Source of the DNA: an uncultured Actinomycetota bacterium
GTDB taxonomy: Bacteria > Actinomycetota > Actinomycetes > Propionibacteriales > Nocardioidaceae
Direction of reading: 5' to 3'
Length of the DNA: 64,000 nucleotides
Assembly (NCBI GenBank): GCA_963844385.1
Contig: CAWJOJ010000041.1
Location: 71,412 to 135,411 of the forward strand
A program made the translations under genes and the position numbers. This document shows, piece after piece, positions 21,417 to 34,016 of the stretch (its first letter is position 1; the number at the start of each line of letters is the position of its first letter). The notes below the pieces were generated by a model. It was not told the origin of the DNA. It saw only the letters and a list, made by a program, of their open reading frames with translations, and did not search any database.

Positions 21417-21641
21417 CCCCGCGAACTGGCAGTTCTGGCCCCACGAGCTGGCAGTTCTGGCCCCACGAGACGGCAGTTCCGGCCCCACGAGACGACAGTT
21501 CCGGCCCCGCGAGACGGCAGTTCTGGCCCCACGAGACTGGCAGTTCCGGCCCCGGTCGGACCACGAGCCGTCAGTTCGCGGGGCCACAACCGTCAGTTCG
21601 CGGGGCCACAGCGCGTCAGTTCGTGGGGCCAGAACTGCCAG
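21417..21641. repeat. Array of 22-bp units: about 6-7 direct copies followed by 3-4 inverted copies
   Basis: Unit CCCC(A/G)CGAG(C/A)(T/C)GGCAGTT(C)(T/C)GG with period 22 (GCAGTTC at 21429, 21451...). Lies between convergent genes. Confidence 0.9.
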
Positions 21642-21648
21642 GTCGCGG

Positions 21649-23733
<2,085 letters not shown>

Positions 23734-23770
23734 GCCCTCTGTCTACCAGCGGAGGGCGACAGACCAGCGG

Positions 23771-25715
23771 CTACCAGATCCGGACCCGCAGCTCCGGGTC
23801 GAGCCAGAGGCCGTCGGACTCGCTCGTTTCGAAGGCGCTGTGGAACTCGTCGAGGTTGCGCACGATGTTGGCGCGGAACTCCGGTGGGCTGTGCGGGTCG
23901 ATGGTGAGGTACTGCTGCTCCTGCTCCTTGCGCCGCTTCGTGCGCCAGCAGTAGGCCCAGCTGAGGAACAGCCGCTGGCTCGCCTCCTGCGACACCTCCC
24001 CGCCCTGGGAGATCAGGTAGGCCTTGTGGCCGATGGTCAAGCCGCCCAGGTCGCCGATGTTCTCACCGACGGTCAGCGCTCCGTTGACATGTTCACCGGG
24101 CAGGGCTCGCGGTTCGAAGTCGTCGTACTGCTCGATCAGGGTCTTCGACTTCACCTCGAACGCCGCCTTGTCGTCGGCGGTCCACCAGTCGTTGAGGTTG
24201 CCGGCGCCGTCGTACTGCGCACCCTGGTCGTCGAAACCGTGTCCGATCTCGTGGCCGATCACGGAGCCGATGCCGCCGTAGTTCTCGGCGGGGTCCGCGT
24301 CCGGGCTGAAGAACGGCTTCTGCAGGATCCCCGCGGGGAAGCAGATCTCGTTGGTGCCGGGGTTGTAGTAGGCGTTGACGGTCTGCGGCAGCATGAACCA
24401 CTCGTCGCGGTCGACCGGCGAGCCGATCTTGGACAGCTGGCGCAGGGTCTCGAAGCTCGCCGCCGCGGCCACGTTGCCCATCAGGTCGTCGGCCCGGACC
24501 TGCAGCGCCGAGTAGTCGCGGAACTTGTCGGGGTAGGCGATCTTGGGCCGGAACGTCTCCAGCTTCTCGTAGGCCCGCTGCTTGGTCTCCTCGGTCATCC
24601 AGTCCAGCTTGGAGATCGACTCCCGGTAGGCGGCGAGGAGGTTGGCGACCAGGTCGTCCATCTTCGCCTTCGCCTCCGGCGGGAAGTGCCGCTCGACGTA
24701 GATCTTGCCGACGGCCTCACCCAGGGACGCCTCGACCAGGCCCACGCCTCGCTTCCAGCGGGCCCGCAGCTCGGGGGTGCCGTTGAGGGTGCGGCCGTAG
24801 AAGTCGAAGTTGGTCTCGACGAAGTCGTCGGTGAGGTACGGCGCCGAGGACGCGCAGCACCCGGGTCAGCATCCAGGCCTTCCAGTCCTCGATCGGCACG
24901 TCAGCGAGCACGGTCGAGAGGTGGCTGAGGTACGACGGCTGACGGACGCAGGTCTCCGCGATTGTCTGCTCGGAGCCGCCGAGGTTGGTGACGAAGGCGT
25001 CCCAGTCGAAGTTGGGTGCGAGCTCGTGGAGCTCGGCCAGCGTGGTCAGGTTGTAGGTCTTCTGGACGTCGCGGGTCTCCGAGCGCTCCCAGTGGCCCTT
25101 GGCCAGCTCGGTCTCGATCTCGAGCACCCGGGTGGCCATGATGCTTCCGTTGTCGATGTCGGCCAGGGTGAGCAGCCGGTCGAGGTAGGCGACGTACTTC
25201 TCGCGGATCTCCGAGAACTTGTCGTCGCGATAGTAGGACTCGTCCGGCAGTCCGAGCCCGCCCTGGGTGATGTTGAACAGGTAGCGGTCGGAGTCCTTGC
25301 TGTCGGTGTCGACGTAGCTGCCGAACAACCCGTGGCCACCGATCCGCTCGAACTCGCCGAGGAAGGCGGCCAGGTCACGCACGTCGCGCAGGTCGTCAAC
25401 AGCAGAGACCAGTGACCGGATCGGGCGGGTGCCTGCCTTCTCGATGGCGTCCTCGTCCATGAACGAGTGGTAGAGCGCGGCGATCTTGCCGGCGTCGTCA
25501 TCCGGTTCGCCGGTCACCCTGTCCGCGAGCTCCTGGATGATCGCGCGGACCTGCTCCTCCGCGATGTCGGTCAGCTCCACGAACGGGCCCCAGCTGGAGC
25601 GGTCGGACGGGATTTCGGCTTCGTCGAGCCAGCGCCCGTTGACGTGGCCGAAGAGGTCGTCCTGCGGGCGGATGTCGGGGTTCATGCCCGGGCGGGCGTC
25701 ATCGAGAGTGCTCAC
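23771..25715 (-). CDS. M13 family zinc metallopeptidase (PepO/Zmp1-like); frameshift near 24853
   Basis: RPQDDLFGHVNGRW, QGGLGLPDESYY, VNAYY, HEIGHGFDDQG (HExxH), GENIGDLGG, DPHSP and C-terminal RVRIW. Confidence 0.92.
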
Positions 25716-25761
25716 CCTTCCGACCCTAACGGGCACGGCCTACGACGACGAGTTGGTTCGG

Positions 25762-26703
25762 CTACTGACGCACGATCACGACGGATTTGCCGAGGGTCTT
25801 GCGAGCCTCCATGTCGGCAAGCGCCTGCCCGAAGTCCTCGAACGAGTAGGTCGCGCCGATCGGGGGGCTGATCGTGCCGTCGGCCAGCATCGGCTCGAGG
25901 TCTCGCCACTGCTCCTGCATGTAGCCCGGAGTCACCATCGCGTAGGCACCCCAGCCGACCCCGCGGACGTCGATGTTGTTGAGCAGCAGGCGGTTGACCT
26001 TGACCTCCGGGATGCCCTGCCCCGCGGCGAACCCGACCACGAGGAGCCGGCCCTGCGGCTTCAGCATCTTGAGGCTGGCTGTGAAGGCGTCTCCCCCGAC
26101 CACGTCGAGCACGACGTCGACCTTGCCGGCACTGGCAAGGTCGTCGGTGCGGACGACCCGGTCGGCACCCGCGCCGACGGCCACGGCCTCCTTCTCGTCC
26201 GTGCTGACTACGGCCACGCTTTCGGCGCCGAGGCCCTTGGCGACCTGGATCGCGGCTGTCCCGACGCCCCCGGCTGCCCCGTGGATCAGCACGATCTCGC
26301 CCGGTCGGACCTGGCCGCGTTCCTTGAGCGCGAACAGCGCCGTGAGGTAGTTCATCGGCAGGGCGGCGCCCTCGTCGTACGACATGTTGTCGGGGAGCGC
26401 GAACGCGTACTGGGCTGGTACGGCGACCCGCTCTGCAGCGCCGCCGTACGGCAGGACTCCGGCAACCCGCTGGCCGGGGCTGTACCCGTCGGGGCCGCTG
26501 ACGACCGTGCCGGCGAAGTCAACGCCGAGCGTGAACGGAGGCTCGGGCTTCATCTGGTACTGGCCCTTGCTCAACAGCAGGTCCGGGAAGCTGACGCCGA
26601 CCCGGTGCACCTCGACGAGTACGTCGTCCGGCCCCGGTGTGGGCTCCTCGACGTCGCGGATCTCGACCGGTCTGCCGGGCTGGGTCACCTGTACTGCGCG
26701 CAT
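25762..26703 (-). CDS. NADPH:quinone oxidoreductase (MDR/zeta-crystallin family)
   Basis: GVSFPDLL..GQYQ, PMNYLTA, IHGAAGGVGTAAIQVAK and GKSVV. True start is the ATG at 26703; the longer ORF reads through a repeat array. Confidence 0.92.
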   Translation of the reverse strand: MRAVQVTQPGRPVEIRDVEEPTPGPDDVLVEVHRVGVSFPDLLLSKGQYQMKPEPPFTLGVDFAGTVVSGPDGYSPGQRVAGVLPYGGAAERVAVPAQYAFALPDNMSYDEGAALPMNYLTALFALKERGQVRPGEIVLIHGAAGGVGTAAIQVAKGLGAESVAVVSTDEKEAVAVGAGADRVVRTDDLASAGKVDVVLDVVGGDAFTASLKMLKPQGRLLVVGFAAGQGIPEVKVNRLLLNNIDVRGVGWGAYAMVTPGYMQEQWRDLEPMLADGTISPPIGATYSFEDFGQALADMEARKTLGKSVVIVRQ

Positions 26704-26723
26704 GTCCCGAGACCCTAGCCTTC

Positions 26724-26953
26724 CCCCACGAGCTGGCGGTCGTGGCCCCACGAACCGGCAACTCCGGCCCCACGAACCGTCACCTGTGGCCCCGCGAACC
26801 GGCAATTGCGGCCCCCGCCCTGGACCACGACTGCCGACTCGCGGGGCCAGAACTGCCGACTCGCGGGGCCACAACTGCCAGCTCGCGGGGCCAGAACTGC
26901 CAGCTCGCGGGGCCACAACTGCCCGCTCGCGGGGCCACAACTGCCAGCTCGCG
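26724..26953. repeat. Second 22-bp array: 4 direct plus about 6 inverted copies
   Basis: CCCCACGAGCTGGCGGTCGTGG... followed by CCA(G/C)AACTGCC(A/G/C)(G/A)CTCGCGGGG units; same family as 21417-21641. Confidence 0.9.
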
Positions 26954-26955
26954 GA

Positions 26956-28257
26956 TCAGCCGGGGGTGACGATGGAGTTCATCTCGAAGTGCATGGGGTC
27001 GGTGTACCGCCAGTCGCCGCCCCAGGTGAAGCCCCACCTCTGGAAGATCGAGACCACGGTTCGATCCATCTCTCCGACGGTGCCGCGCTGGTTGCCGGGC
27101 ACGTTGAGGTCGAGGGCGAGGCCGAACGAGTGGTTCGACAGCGTGGTGGTGCCGGCGATGAAGCGCGCGTTGTAGCAACCCTGGTACTCGTCGGGGTGGA
27201 TCTTGTCAGCGAGGCCCACGTCGACGATCTCCTGGAGGGCCGCCCGCAGCTGCGGGAACAGCAGCTTGTTGCAGGTCACTCTGCCGAGGATCGGGACGGT
27301 CTGGGTGGCGATGTGCGACGCCACCCACGCCGGGTCCGGGGCGATCTTTCCTCCGCTGAGCACCGTGTAGTTGAAGGTGCCGACCGCGTCGCCGACACTC
27401 CCGGTCACGAACGTGGTCTGCTGGACGCTGGTGTCGAGGCCGAAGCGGGCCACCGCGTCGAGCAGCTGCACGGAGGCGTCGTCGCCGGCAATCTTCTCGA
27501 TCTCCTTGCGAAGGGACTGCGGCGACCTCTTGCCGGTCGAGATCAGGAGGGCGTTGCTGGACTTCAACCCCAGCTCCGACCCCCACTTCTCGTTGACCAC
27601 GGCGTCGATCGCCCGGTAGACCTGCGGCGCGTACGCGCCGACATGCACCGAGGGCACGTCGGCACTGCTGCCCATCTTCAGGAATCCGCTGGGGTCGAGC
27701 GGGAGCTTGTCGCGCAACCCCCGAAGTACCGCGATCTCCCCGCCGGCAACTCGATCCCAGACCTCGTCGGTGTTGGCGCTCTTGGAGTGCGTGAAGTGGC
27801 GGTAGCTGCCGGGGTCGACGGCAGCCACGGTGAGTGCCCGGTTCTCGATGACCACCTCGGCCATCGACAGCGAGTCGACCTGCTGGACTCCGCGCAGGCG
27901 CCTGATCTCGGCAACCGTGGACGGGCTCATCGAGTCCTTGCCGTAGACGAGCATGTCCGCCGCGTACAGCCTTCCGTTGAACCGACCGGGTGCCTCGACG
28001 GCGTGCTCGGGGTCGACCACCGTGGACGGGTCCGCGGAGGGACTCGACGACATGCTCTCGGACGGGGTGGTCTCCGACCACGGGCCGCTCTCGGACGACG
28101 GGCTGCTCTCGGAGACTGTCGGCGAGACGGGGGGCGCGGGATCCGCACCTGACGTGGAGTCGGAGCAGGCGGAGGCCATCGCCAAGGGCAGCAGGACGAT
28201 CGCCGCTGCAGCGCGGGCTCGCGCCACGGGCCCACCCATCATGCCGACCTTCTCCAT
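26956..28257 (-). CDS. Lipoprotein with C-terminal M15 (D,D-carboxypeptidase-like) metallopeptidase domain
   Basis: ASAC lipobox and Ser/Pro linker; GCYNARFI, LSNHSFGLALD (SxHxxGxAxD), WGGDW and DPMHFE. Confidence 0.85.
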   Translation of the reverse strand: MEKVGMMGGPVARARAAAAIVLLPLAMASACSDSTSGADPAPPVSPTVSESSPSSESGPWSETTPSESMSSSPSADPSTVVDPEHAVEAPGRFNGRLYAADMLVYGKDSMSPSTVAEIRRLRGVQQVDSLSMAEVVIENRALTVAAVDPGSYRHFTHSKSANTDEVWDRVAGGEIAVLRGLRDKLPLDPSGFLKMGSSADVPSVHVGAYAPQVYRAIDAVVNEKWGSELGLKSSNALLISTGKRSPQSLRKEIEKIAGDDASVQLLDAVARFGLDTSVQQTTFVTGSVGDAVGTFNYTVLSGGKIAPDPAWVASHIATQTVPILGRVTCNKLLFPQLRAALQEIVDVGLADKIHPDEYQGCYNARFIAGTTTLSNHSFGLALDLNVPGNQRGTVGEMDRTVVSIFQRWGFTWGGDWRYTDPMHFEMNSIVTPG

Positions 28258-28339
28258 CCGTACCTCCCCCGAGGCTCAAGGGTAATTCGTGGCCGGGCGC
28301 CGGGCGCATGCGCGGTCGGAATTCGGGCACGGGTGCACC

Positions 28340-28558
28340 ATGAGCAACTCAGGCGAAGAGAGCGAAAAGAGCACCGGATCCGACTCCACCCCTGAGCGGG
28401 GCTACATCTCCGACGAACAGCTCCCCGAGGACCTGCAGCCGAAGAAGAACCCGTTGGCCCGCGACCCGGAAGACGACGTCGAGGACGACGAGGACGCTGC
28501 CGCGCCGACCAAGAAGGTCGCGGGCATGCCGGACATGGGCGAGCCGGGCCCTACCTGA
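28340..28558 (+). CDS. Small acidic hypothetical protein
   Basis: MSNSGEESEK...ISDEQLPEDLQPKKNPLA; fills the intergenic gap with typical high-GC3 codons. Confidence 0.55.
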   Translation: MSNSGEESEKSTGSDSTPERGYISDEQLPEDLQPKKNPLARDPEDDVEDDEDAAAPTKKVAGMPDMGEPGPT

Positions 28559-28588
28559 GCGGGCCCAGCCAGACCAGTCAACAGACCG

Positions 28589-29567
28589 TCAGCCGAGCCG
28601 CCGCCTGATCTCCTCGTTGATCGCCGGCACCACTTCGTGCAGGTCGCCGATGACGGCGTACGTCGCCTTGGTGACCATCGGCGCGTCGGCGTCGGAGTTG
28701 ATCGCCAGGATCGTCTTCGCCGACGAGCAGCCGGCCCAGTGCTGGATCGCGCCGCTGATTCCGCACGGGACGTAGAGGTCGGGCGAGATCCGGCTCCCCG
28801 TCTGCCCCACCTGCTCGTGGTGGGGACGCCAGCCCGAGGCTGGTGACCACCCGCGAGACGCCCAGCGAACCGTGGAGCAGCTCGGTCAGCTCCAGCAGGT
28901 CCTTGAACCCGTCCGCGCTGCCCGCTCCGCGGCCGGCCCCGACGACGACCCGGGCCGACTTCAGCGACCCCGACTGGTCCGGTTCCGGCTCCTCGGTCGA
29001 CACCACCCGCGCCACGAGGTCGGCGTCGGCCACCTCCGGCGTGACCTCGACCAGGGTTGCGGCACCAGGCACGTCGGCCGGCACCGGCTCGACGGCGTGG
29101 CCGGCCACCGTGAAGAGCGCCGGCCGGTCGTCGAGCGCCATCTCCTCGAGCGCCGCGCCGCCGACGACCTGTCTGGTGACCACGAACGGCGCCAGACCAG
29201 CAAACGAGACGACGTTGGCCGCCATCGCCACGTCGGTCCGCGCCGCCACGTGAGCCAGCACCTCGTTGCCTCGGGGCGTGCCCGCAGCCAGCACCACGAC
29301 GGAGTTCTTCGCCTGCTGCACCGCCTGGACGGCGGCCGCCCATGCTGCACCGGAGTACGCCGAGAAGGCGTCTCCGGTGGCATGGTGCACCTCCCGGACG
29401 CCGTACGCCGCGAGCTGGTCGACCAGTCCGTCGGGAACCGCACCGATCACGACCGCATCGATGGGAACACCACCGCCCTCGGCGGCCAGCGACCGGGCGA
29501 AGGTGATCGCCTCGCGGGACACCTCCACCGCACCTGACGCGTCGGTCTCCACCAGTACCAGGATCAT
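28589..29567 (-). CDS. etfA: Electron transfer flavoprotein alpha subunit (frameshift near 28825)
   Basis: ARVVVGAGRG and GVSRVV, then QVGQTG..ISPDLY..CGISGAIQHWAG..ILAINSDADAPM in the adjacent frame. Confidence 0.9.
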
Positions 29568-30337
29568 CGCGAGAGCACCCCCAGCCTTTCGAGTACGTCG
29601 ACGACGGCGCCCGCCGCCTCGGGGCCGGTGCCGAGGACCTGGACGTTGCTCGGCTGCGGTGGCGGAAGCGTCAGGCGCACCCGTTTGGGCCCGGCCGGCT
29701 CGGCCGCGGCCGTGCGCTTCTCGATCTCGATCTTCTTGGCCTTCATCCGTCCCGGCACGGTCGGGTAGCGCGGCTCCACGCCGCCCTCCAGGATCGTGAC
29801 GACCGCCGGCAACGGGACCCGGTAGGTCTCGTGACCCTCCGGTCCGTCCGCCTCGGCGGTGACCACCCCGTCCGAGACGCTGACCGTGGCCGCCCCGTTG
29901 ACCACCGGCCGGCCGAGCTCGTAGGCGAGCCGGATGCCGACCTGGAAGTCGCCACTGTCGGCGGCGTCGTTGCCGAGCAGGATCAGCTCGTGCGGCCGGC
30001 CCTCGGCCTCGTGCGCCCGGACGACCGCCGCGAGCTCGCGGGCCACGTCGGCCGGCCCGAACGTCGACGGTTCGGCCTCGACGTGCGTCGCCGCGGTGCA
30101 GCCGACGGCCAGCGCGCCGCGCAGCTGCTCGACGGCATCGGCATCACCGAGAGTCACCACCGTTGCCTGGCCGGACGTCGCCGCAGCGACCTGCACCGCG
30201 AGCTCGAGAGCGCAGTCCTCGTGGTTGCTCGTCGTGAAGCCGGCGTACCGGCCGTCGACCGCCTGGCCGTCGCCGGTGAGCACGACCTCGCCCGACGAGT
30301 CCGGCACGCGCTTGATGCACACCAGTACGTCGGTCAT
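29564..30337 (-). CDS. etfB: Electron transfer flavoprotein beta subunit
   Basis: VLVCIKRVPD, LILLGNDAADSGDFQVG, LPAVVTI and EPRYPTVPGRMKAKK. Confidence 0.92.
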   Translation of the reverse strand: MTDVLVCIKRVPDSSGEVVLTGDGQAVDGRYAGFTTSNHEDCALELAVQVAAATSGQATVVTLGDADAVEQLRGALAVGCTAATHVEAEPSTFGPADVARELAAVVRAHEAEGRPHELILLGNDAADSGDFQVGIRLAYELGRPVVNGAATVSVSDGVVTAEADGPEGHETYRVPLPAVVTILEGGVEPRYPTVPGRMKAKKIEIEKRTAAAEPAGPKRVRLTLPPPQPSNVQVLGTGPEAAGAVVDVLERLGVLSR

Positions 30338-32856
30338 GCCAACCCCTTGACGCGCTCGTTCGCAGGGTCGAGCAGCGGCGTCGCGTCGTTCGCGGCCACG
30401 GTGACCGGGTAGAGCTCCTCCATGTAGGAAACCGCCAATTGGTTACCTATGGTCGCCTGGTCGGGCGGCAGGTAGGCCATCAACAGGTGCTTGCCGAGCG
30501 ACGGCGCCGAGCCCGCAGTCGTGACGTAGGGGTGGTGGCCGTGCCCGTCGGTGAGGGTGCCGCCGTCACGGGTCAGGATCGGCTCGCCACCGAGCATGAA
30601 CCGGCGCATCCCCGACGCCGAGGTGTGGTCGTCGACCGTCATCGTGCACAGCACCGCCTGCGGCTGCTCCTCCCGCTGCTTGACGTAGGCCTCGCGGCCG
30701 ACGAAGTCCGCGGTCTTGACCTTGGGCCGCTGCATGCTCGCCTCGACGATGGTGCGTTCGGAGTCCAGCTCGAAGCCGAACGCGCGGTAGCCCTTCTCGA
30801 TCCGGCCGGTGGTGCCGTAGACGCCGATGCCGGCGGGCACCGCGCCGTGCTCCTGGCCGGCCTCGTGCAGCAGGCTCCACAGCCGCGCGCCCTGCTCCAT
30901 GGGCACGTACAGCTCCCAGCCCAGCTCGCCGACGTAGGAGATCCGCGAGGCGAGCACCGACAGGTTGCCGACCTCGAGATCGCGACTGGTCAGGAACGGG
31001 AACGCCTCGTGGCCGATGTCGTCGTCGGTGAGCTTGCCGAGGATGTCGCGAGCCCGCGGGCCCCAGATGCCGATCGTGGTGTACGCCGAGGTCACGTCGA
31101 CCACGTGCGCCGTACCGTCGGACGGCATCAGGTCCGTGAACCACTTCTTGTCGGCCATGCCATGCAGGCCGCCGGTGACCACGCGGTAGCGGTCGTGGGC
31201 CAGCCGCATCACGGTCAGGTCGGACCTGAACCCGCCGCGGGAGTCGAGGACGGGCGTGTAGATCACCTTGCCGGGGGCGACGTCGGCCTGGGCTACGACG
31301 ATCCGCTGGACCGCGTCCTTGGCGCCCCGCCCGACCACGTCGAAGATCGCGAACGCCGACAGGTCGATGATCGCGGCCCGGTCCCGCATCGCGAGGTGCT
31401 CGGCGTTGATGATCGGCGACCACCAGCGCCGGTCCCACTCGTGCTCGCGGTCGAGCACCCGGTCGCCGTACTCGCCGAGCAGCGCCTCGTTCGAGGTGTA
31501 CCAGTTGGGTCGCTCCCAGCCCACCGCCTCGATGAACTTCGCGCCCTGTTCCTTCTGCTGGGCGTGCATGGGAGCGAGCCGCTTGCCGCGTTCGCTCTCC
31601 CACTGCTCGCCCGGGTGCACGATGCCGTAGGTCTTGATGAACGCCTCGGACGTGCGCGCCCGGATGTGGCTGCGGGTGCGCTGGTGCGGGTAGAACCGGG
31701 CGATGTCGCTGTGGTGCACATCGATCTCGGGAACGCCCGTGGTCATCCACTCGGCGACCGCCCGACCGACGCCTGGCCCCTCCTTGATCCAGACCGCGGC
31801 AGCCGACCACAGCCCCTTGACCTCGGGCGTCTCGCCGAGGAGCGGCGCGCCGTCGGGGGTCAGCGACAGCAGGCCGTTGATGGCGTAGCGGATCTCCGCG
31901 CCTTCGGCTCCGAGCGCGTCGGGCATCAGCTCATAGGCCTGCTCGAGCTGCGGGTCGAAGTCGTCGGAGGTGAACGGCAGCTCGGTCGGCGACAGCTTGG
32001 CCTGGTCGATCGAGGGGATCTCGTCGGGGTCGTGCAGGATCGCCCGGTGGGCGTAGGACCCGACCTCCATGTCGGCGCCGTGCTGCCGCTCGTAGCAGAA
32101 GGTGTCCATGTCGCGGACGATCGGGAAGGAGATCTCGCCCTCGCGCTCGGCGAGCTGCGGGATGGGTCCGACGCTGATCATCTGGTGTACGGCGGGCGTC
32201 AGCGGGATCGCCGCCCCGGCCATCTTCGCGATCCGGGGGCTCCAGACCCCGCACGCGATCACCACGACCTCGGCCTCGATGTCGCCACCGCTCGTGCGCA
32301 CCCGCCGGATCCGGCCCTCCTCGACGTCGAGTCCGGTCACCTCGACGGTGGGTACGACGGTGAGCGCGTTCAGCTCCATGGCCCGTTCGCGCATGATCGT
32401 GCCAGCCCGCAGCGAGTCCACGACACCGACCGAGGGCGTCCAGAACGCACCCAGGATGGCGTCGGTCTCGATGAACGGCACCTTCTCCTTGACCTCTTCG
32501 GGGCTGATCAAGTAGGCCTCGATGCCCCAGGCCTTCGCCGACGACATCCGCCGGCGGAGCTCCTCCATCCGTTCCTCGGTGCGCGCGACCTCGAGGCCAC
32601 CGGACTCGGTGAAGACGTCCATCTCCTTGTACTGCTTCATCGAGTCGAGGGTCAGGTCCGTGATCTCGCGCGAGTGGTCGACGGGGAAGATGAAGTTCGA
32701 CGCGTGCCCGGTGGAACCGCCCGGGTTGGGCAGCGCTCCCTTGTCGATCTGCACGATGTCGCGCCAGCCCAGCTTCGCCAGATGGTGGACGAGGCTGTTG
32801 CCGACGATGCCGGCGCCGATGACGACGACCTGAGCCTTGCTGGGAACGCTGGCCAT
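30334..32856 (-). CDS. GcvT-family FAD/folate-dependent oxidoreductase (dimethylglycine dehydrogenase/oxidase-like)
   Basis: VVVIGAGIVG FAD motif, GSTGHASN (flavinylation His), TPDGAPLLGE, GWERPNWY, RISYVGELGWELY and RIEKGYR. Confidence 0.9.
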   Translation of the reverse strand: MASVPSKAQVVVIGAGIVGNSLVHHLAKLGWRDIVQIDKGALPNPGGSTGHASNFIFPVDHSREITDLTLDSMKQYKEMDVFTESGGLEVARTEERMEELRRRMSSAKAWGIEAYLISPEEVKEKVPFIETDAILGAFWTPSVGVVDSLRAGTIMRERAMELNALTVVPTVEVTGLDVEEGRIRRVRTSGGDIEAEVVVIACGVWSPRIAKMAGAAIPLTPAVHQMISVGPIPQLAEREGEISFPIVRDMDTFCYERQHGADMEVGSYAHRAILHDPDEIPSIDQAKLSPTELPFTSDDFDPQLEQAYELMPDALGAEGAEIRYAINGLLSLTPDGAPLLGETPEVKGLWSAAAVWIKEGPGVGRAVAEWMTTGVPEIDVHHSDIARFYPHQRTRSHIRARTSEAFIKTYGIVHPGEQWESERGKRLAPMHAQQKEQGAKFIEAVGWERPNWYTSNEALLGEYGDRVLDREHEWDRRWWSPIINAEHLAMRDRAAIIDLSAFAIFDVVGRGAKDAVQRIVVAQADVAPGKVIYTPVLDSRGGFRSDLTVMRLAHDRYRVVTGGLHGMADKKWFTDLMPSDGTAHVVDVTSAYTTIGIWGPRARDILGKLTDDDIGHEAFPFLTSRDLEVGNLSVLASRISYVGELGWELYVPMEQGARLWSLLHEAGQEHGAVPAGIGVYGTTGRIEKGYRAFGFELDSERTIVEASMQRPKVKTADFVGREAYVKQREEQPQAVLCTMTVDDHTSASGMRRFMLGGEPILTRDGGTLTDGHGHHPYVTTAGSAPSLGKHLLMAYLPPDQATIGNQLAVSYMEELYPVTVAANDATPLLDPANERVKGLA

Positions 32857-32867
32857 GAGATCTCCTT

Positions 32868-32939
32868 GTTGCGCTATGCGCAACCGTGTGCGTGATACGG
32901 AACACCCCTAGGATCGGCTCGACCCCCCGTCCCTGTCAA
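32868..32939 (-). promoter_or_regulatory. Promoter (-35 TTGACA) with tandem 17-bp operator upstream of the GcvT-ETF operon
   Basis: GTTGCGCTATGCGCAAC 32868-32884 and TGTGCGTGATACGGAAC 32887-32903; tgtcaa at 32934-32939. Confidence 0.7.
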
Positions 32940-32952
32940 GGCACGGGGGGTC
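32921..32952 (-). terminator. GC-rich hairpin downstream of the ABC operon
   Basis: GACCCCCCGT-N12-ACGGGGGGTC 10-bp stem, 15 nt after the SBP stop; no U-tract. Confidence 0.45.
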
Positions 32953-32967
32953 GCGACTTGCCGTTGG

Positions 32968-33960
32968 CTACGGCAGCCAGGCCTCTACCTTGTCCGGGTT
33001 GTCGTCGATCCACTTCTGGGCCGCATCGTCCGGGGTCATGCCGTCCTGGCCGATGTAGCTGGCCACGAGGTTCTGGTCCTCGTTGGTCCACTTGAAGTTC
33101 TTGATCAGGTCCACGGCGGGAGAGCCGGACTTTGCGAACTCCGCCGATATGAGCTTGTTCAGGTGGTACGGCGGGTAGTCGCACGCCACCTCGGCCGGAT
33201 CGGCATCGCAGCCTTCGGTGTACGGCGGCAGCTTCACGTGAGCGATCTGGACCGGGTCCTCGACCCCCGGCGTGGACTGGCCGTCGACCTCGGCGTACCA
33301 CTGGGGCGTGTAGAAGTACGCCAGCAGCGGCGTCTTGTTCTCCTGAGCGTTCTTCAGGCTCGTCAGGAGCGCCGCCTCGCTCCCGCCGACGACGACCTCG
33401 TAGTCAAGTTTGAGGTTCTTGACCAGCGCCTCGTCGTTGGTCACGTACGACGGGTCGCCGTCGAGCAGCTGGCCCTTGCCGCCGGACTCGGAGGTCTCGA
33501 ACATGTCGGCGTACTTGTTGAGGTTCTTCCAGTCGGTGATGTCCGGGTACTTGTCGGCCATCCACTGGGGTACGAACCAGCCGATCAGACCCTCGTTGCC
33601 AGTGGGACCCGCGTCGACGACCGACTTCTGCTCTTCGACGTACTTCTTGATCAGGTCGTCGTGGCCCCAGTTCTCCACGATGGTGTCGATCTCGCCGGAG
33701 GCCATGCCCTGCCAGCCGACCTCCTCCTTCACCTCGGGATACTCCACCGTGCAGCCGAGCTCGCTCTCAGCGACGACCCCGATCACGTGAGCGTTGGCGA
33801 TGTAGCCGGTCCACGGGTTGATGGCGATGGTCAGCTCGCCACAGTCACCCGCGGCCGTGTCCGTGTCCTCGATGCCGCCCCCGTCGCCGCACGCAGCGAG
33901 CGCGAGGCCCACAACCGCGGCGACGGCGACCAGCCGGGGTCGGCGTAGTCCTCGTCCCAT
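32968..33960 (-). CDS. Glycine betaine/choline ABC transporter substrate-binding lipoprotein (ProX/OpuAC-like)
   Basis: LAAC lipobox, NPWTG, ENW, GWFVPQW, ITDWKNL and YFYTPQW. Confidence 0.88.
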   Translation of the reverse strand: MGRGLRRPRLVAVAAVVGLALAACGDGGGIEDTDTAAGDCGELTIAINPWTGYIANAHVIGVVAESELGCTVEYPEVKEEVGWQGMASGEIDTIVENWGHDDLIKKYVEEQKSVVDAGPTGNEGLIGWFVPQWMADKYPDITDWKNLNKYADMFETSESGGKGQLLDGDPSYVTNDEALVKNLKLDYEVVVGGSEAALLTSLKNAQENKTPLLAYFYTPQWYAEVDGQSTPGVEDPVQIAHVKLPPYTEGCDADPAEVACDYPPYHLNKLISAEFAKSGSPAVDLIKNFKWTNEDQNLVASYIGQDGMTPDDAAQKWIDDNPDKVEAWLP

Positions 33961-34016
33961 GCTTGTTCCCTTCCTAGCTCCGCGTCTGTCCGCGGAGATG
34001 TCTTGTCGTTTCAACG

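Noticed and set aside
21417-21641. Possible CRISPR array (also 26724-26953)
   Set aside because: Units are contiguous degenerate 22-mers without unique spacers, they invert midway, and there are no cas genes.
30439-32895. Long antisense or alternative-frame ORFs (e.g. 30439..32895+, 46255..48543-, 8183..9904+, 57625..58839 extension)
   Set aside because: These are shadow ORFs of real high-GC genes, with Arg/Gly/Pro-biased composition and no recognisable motifs.
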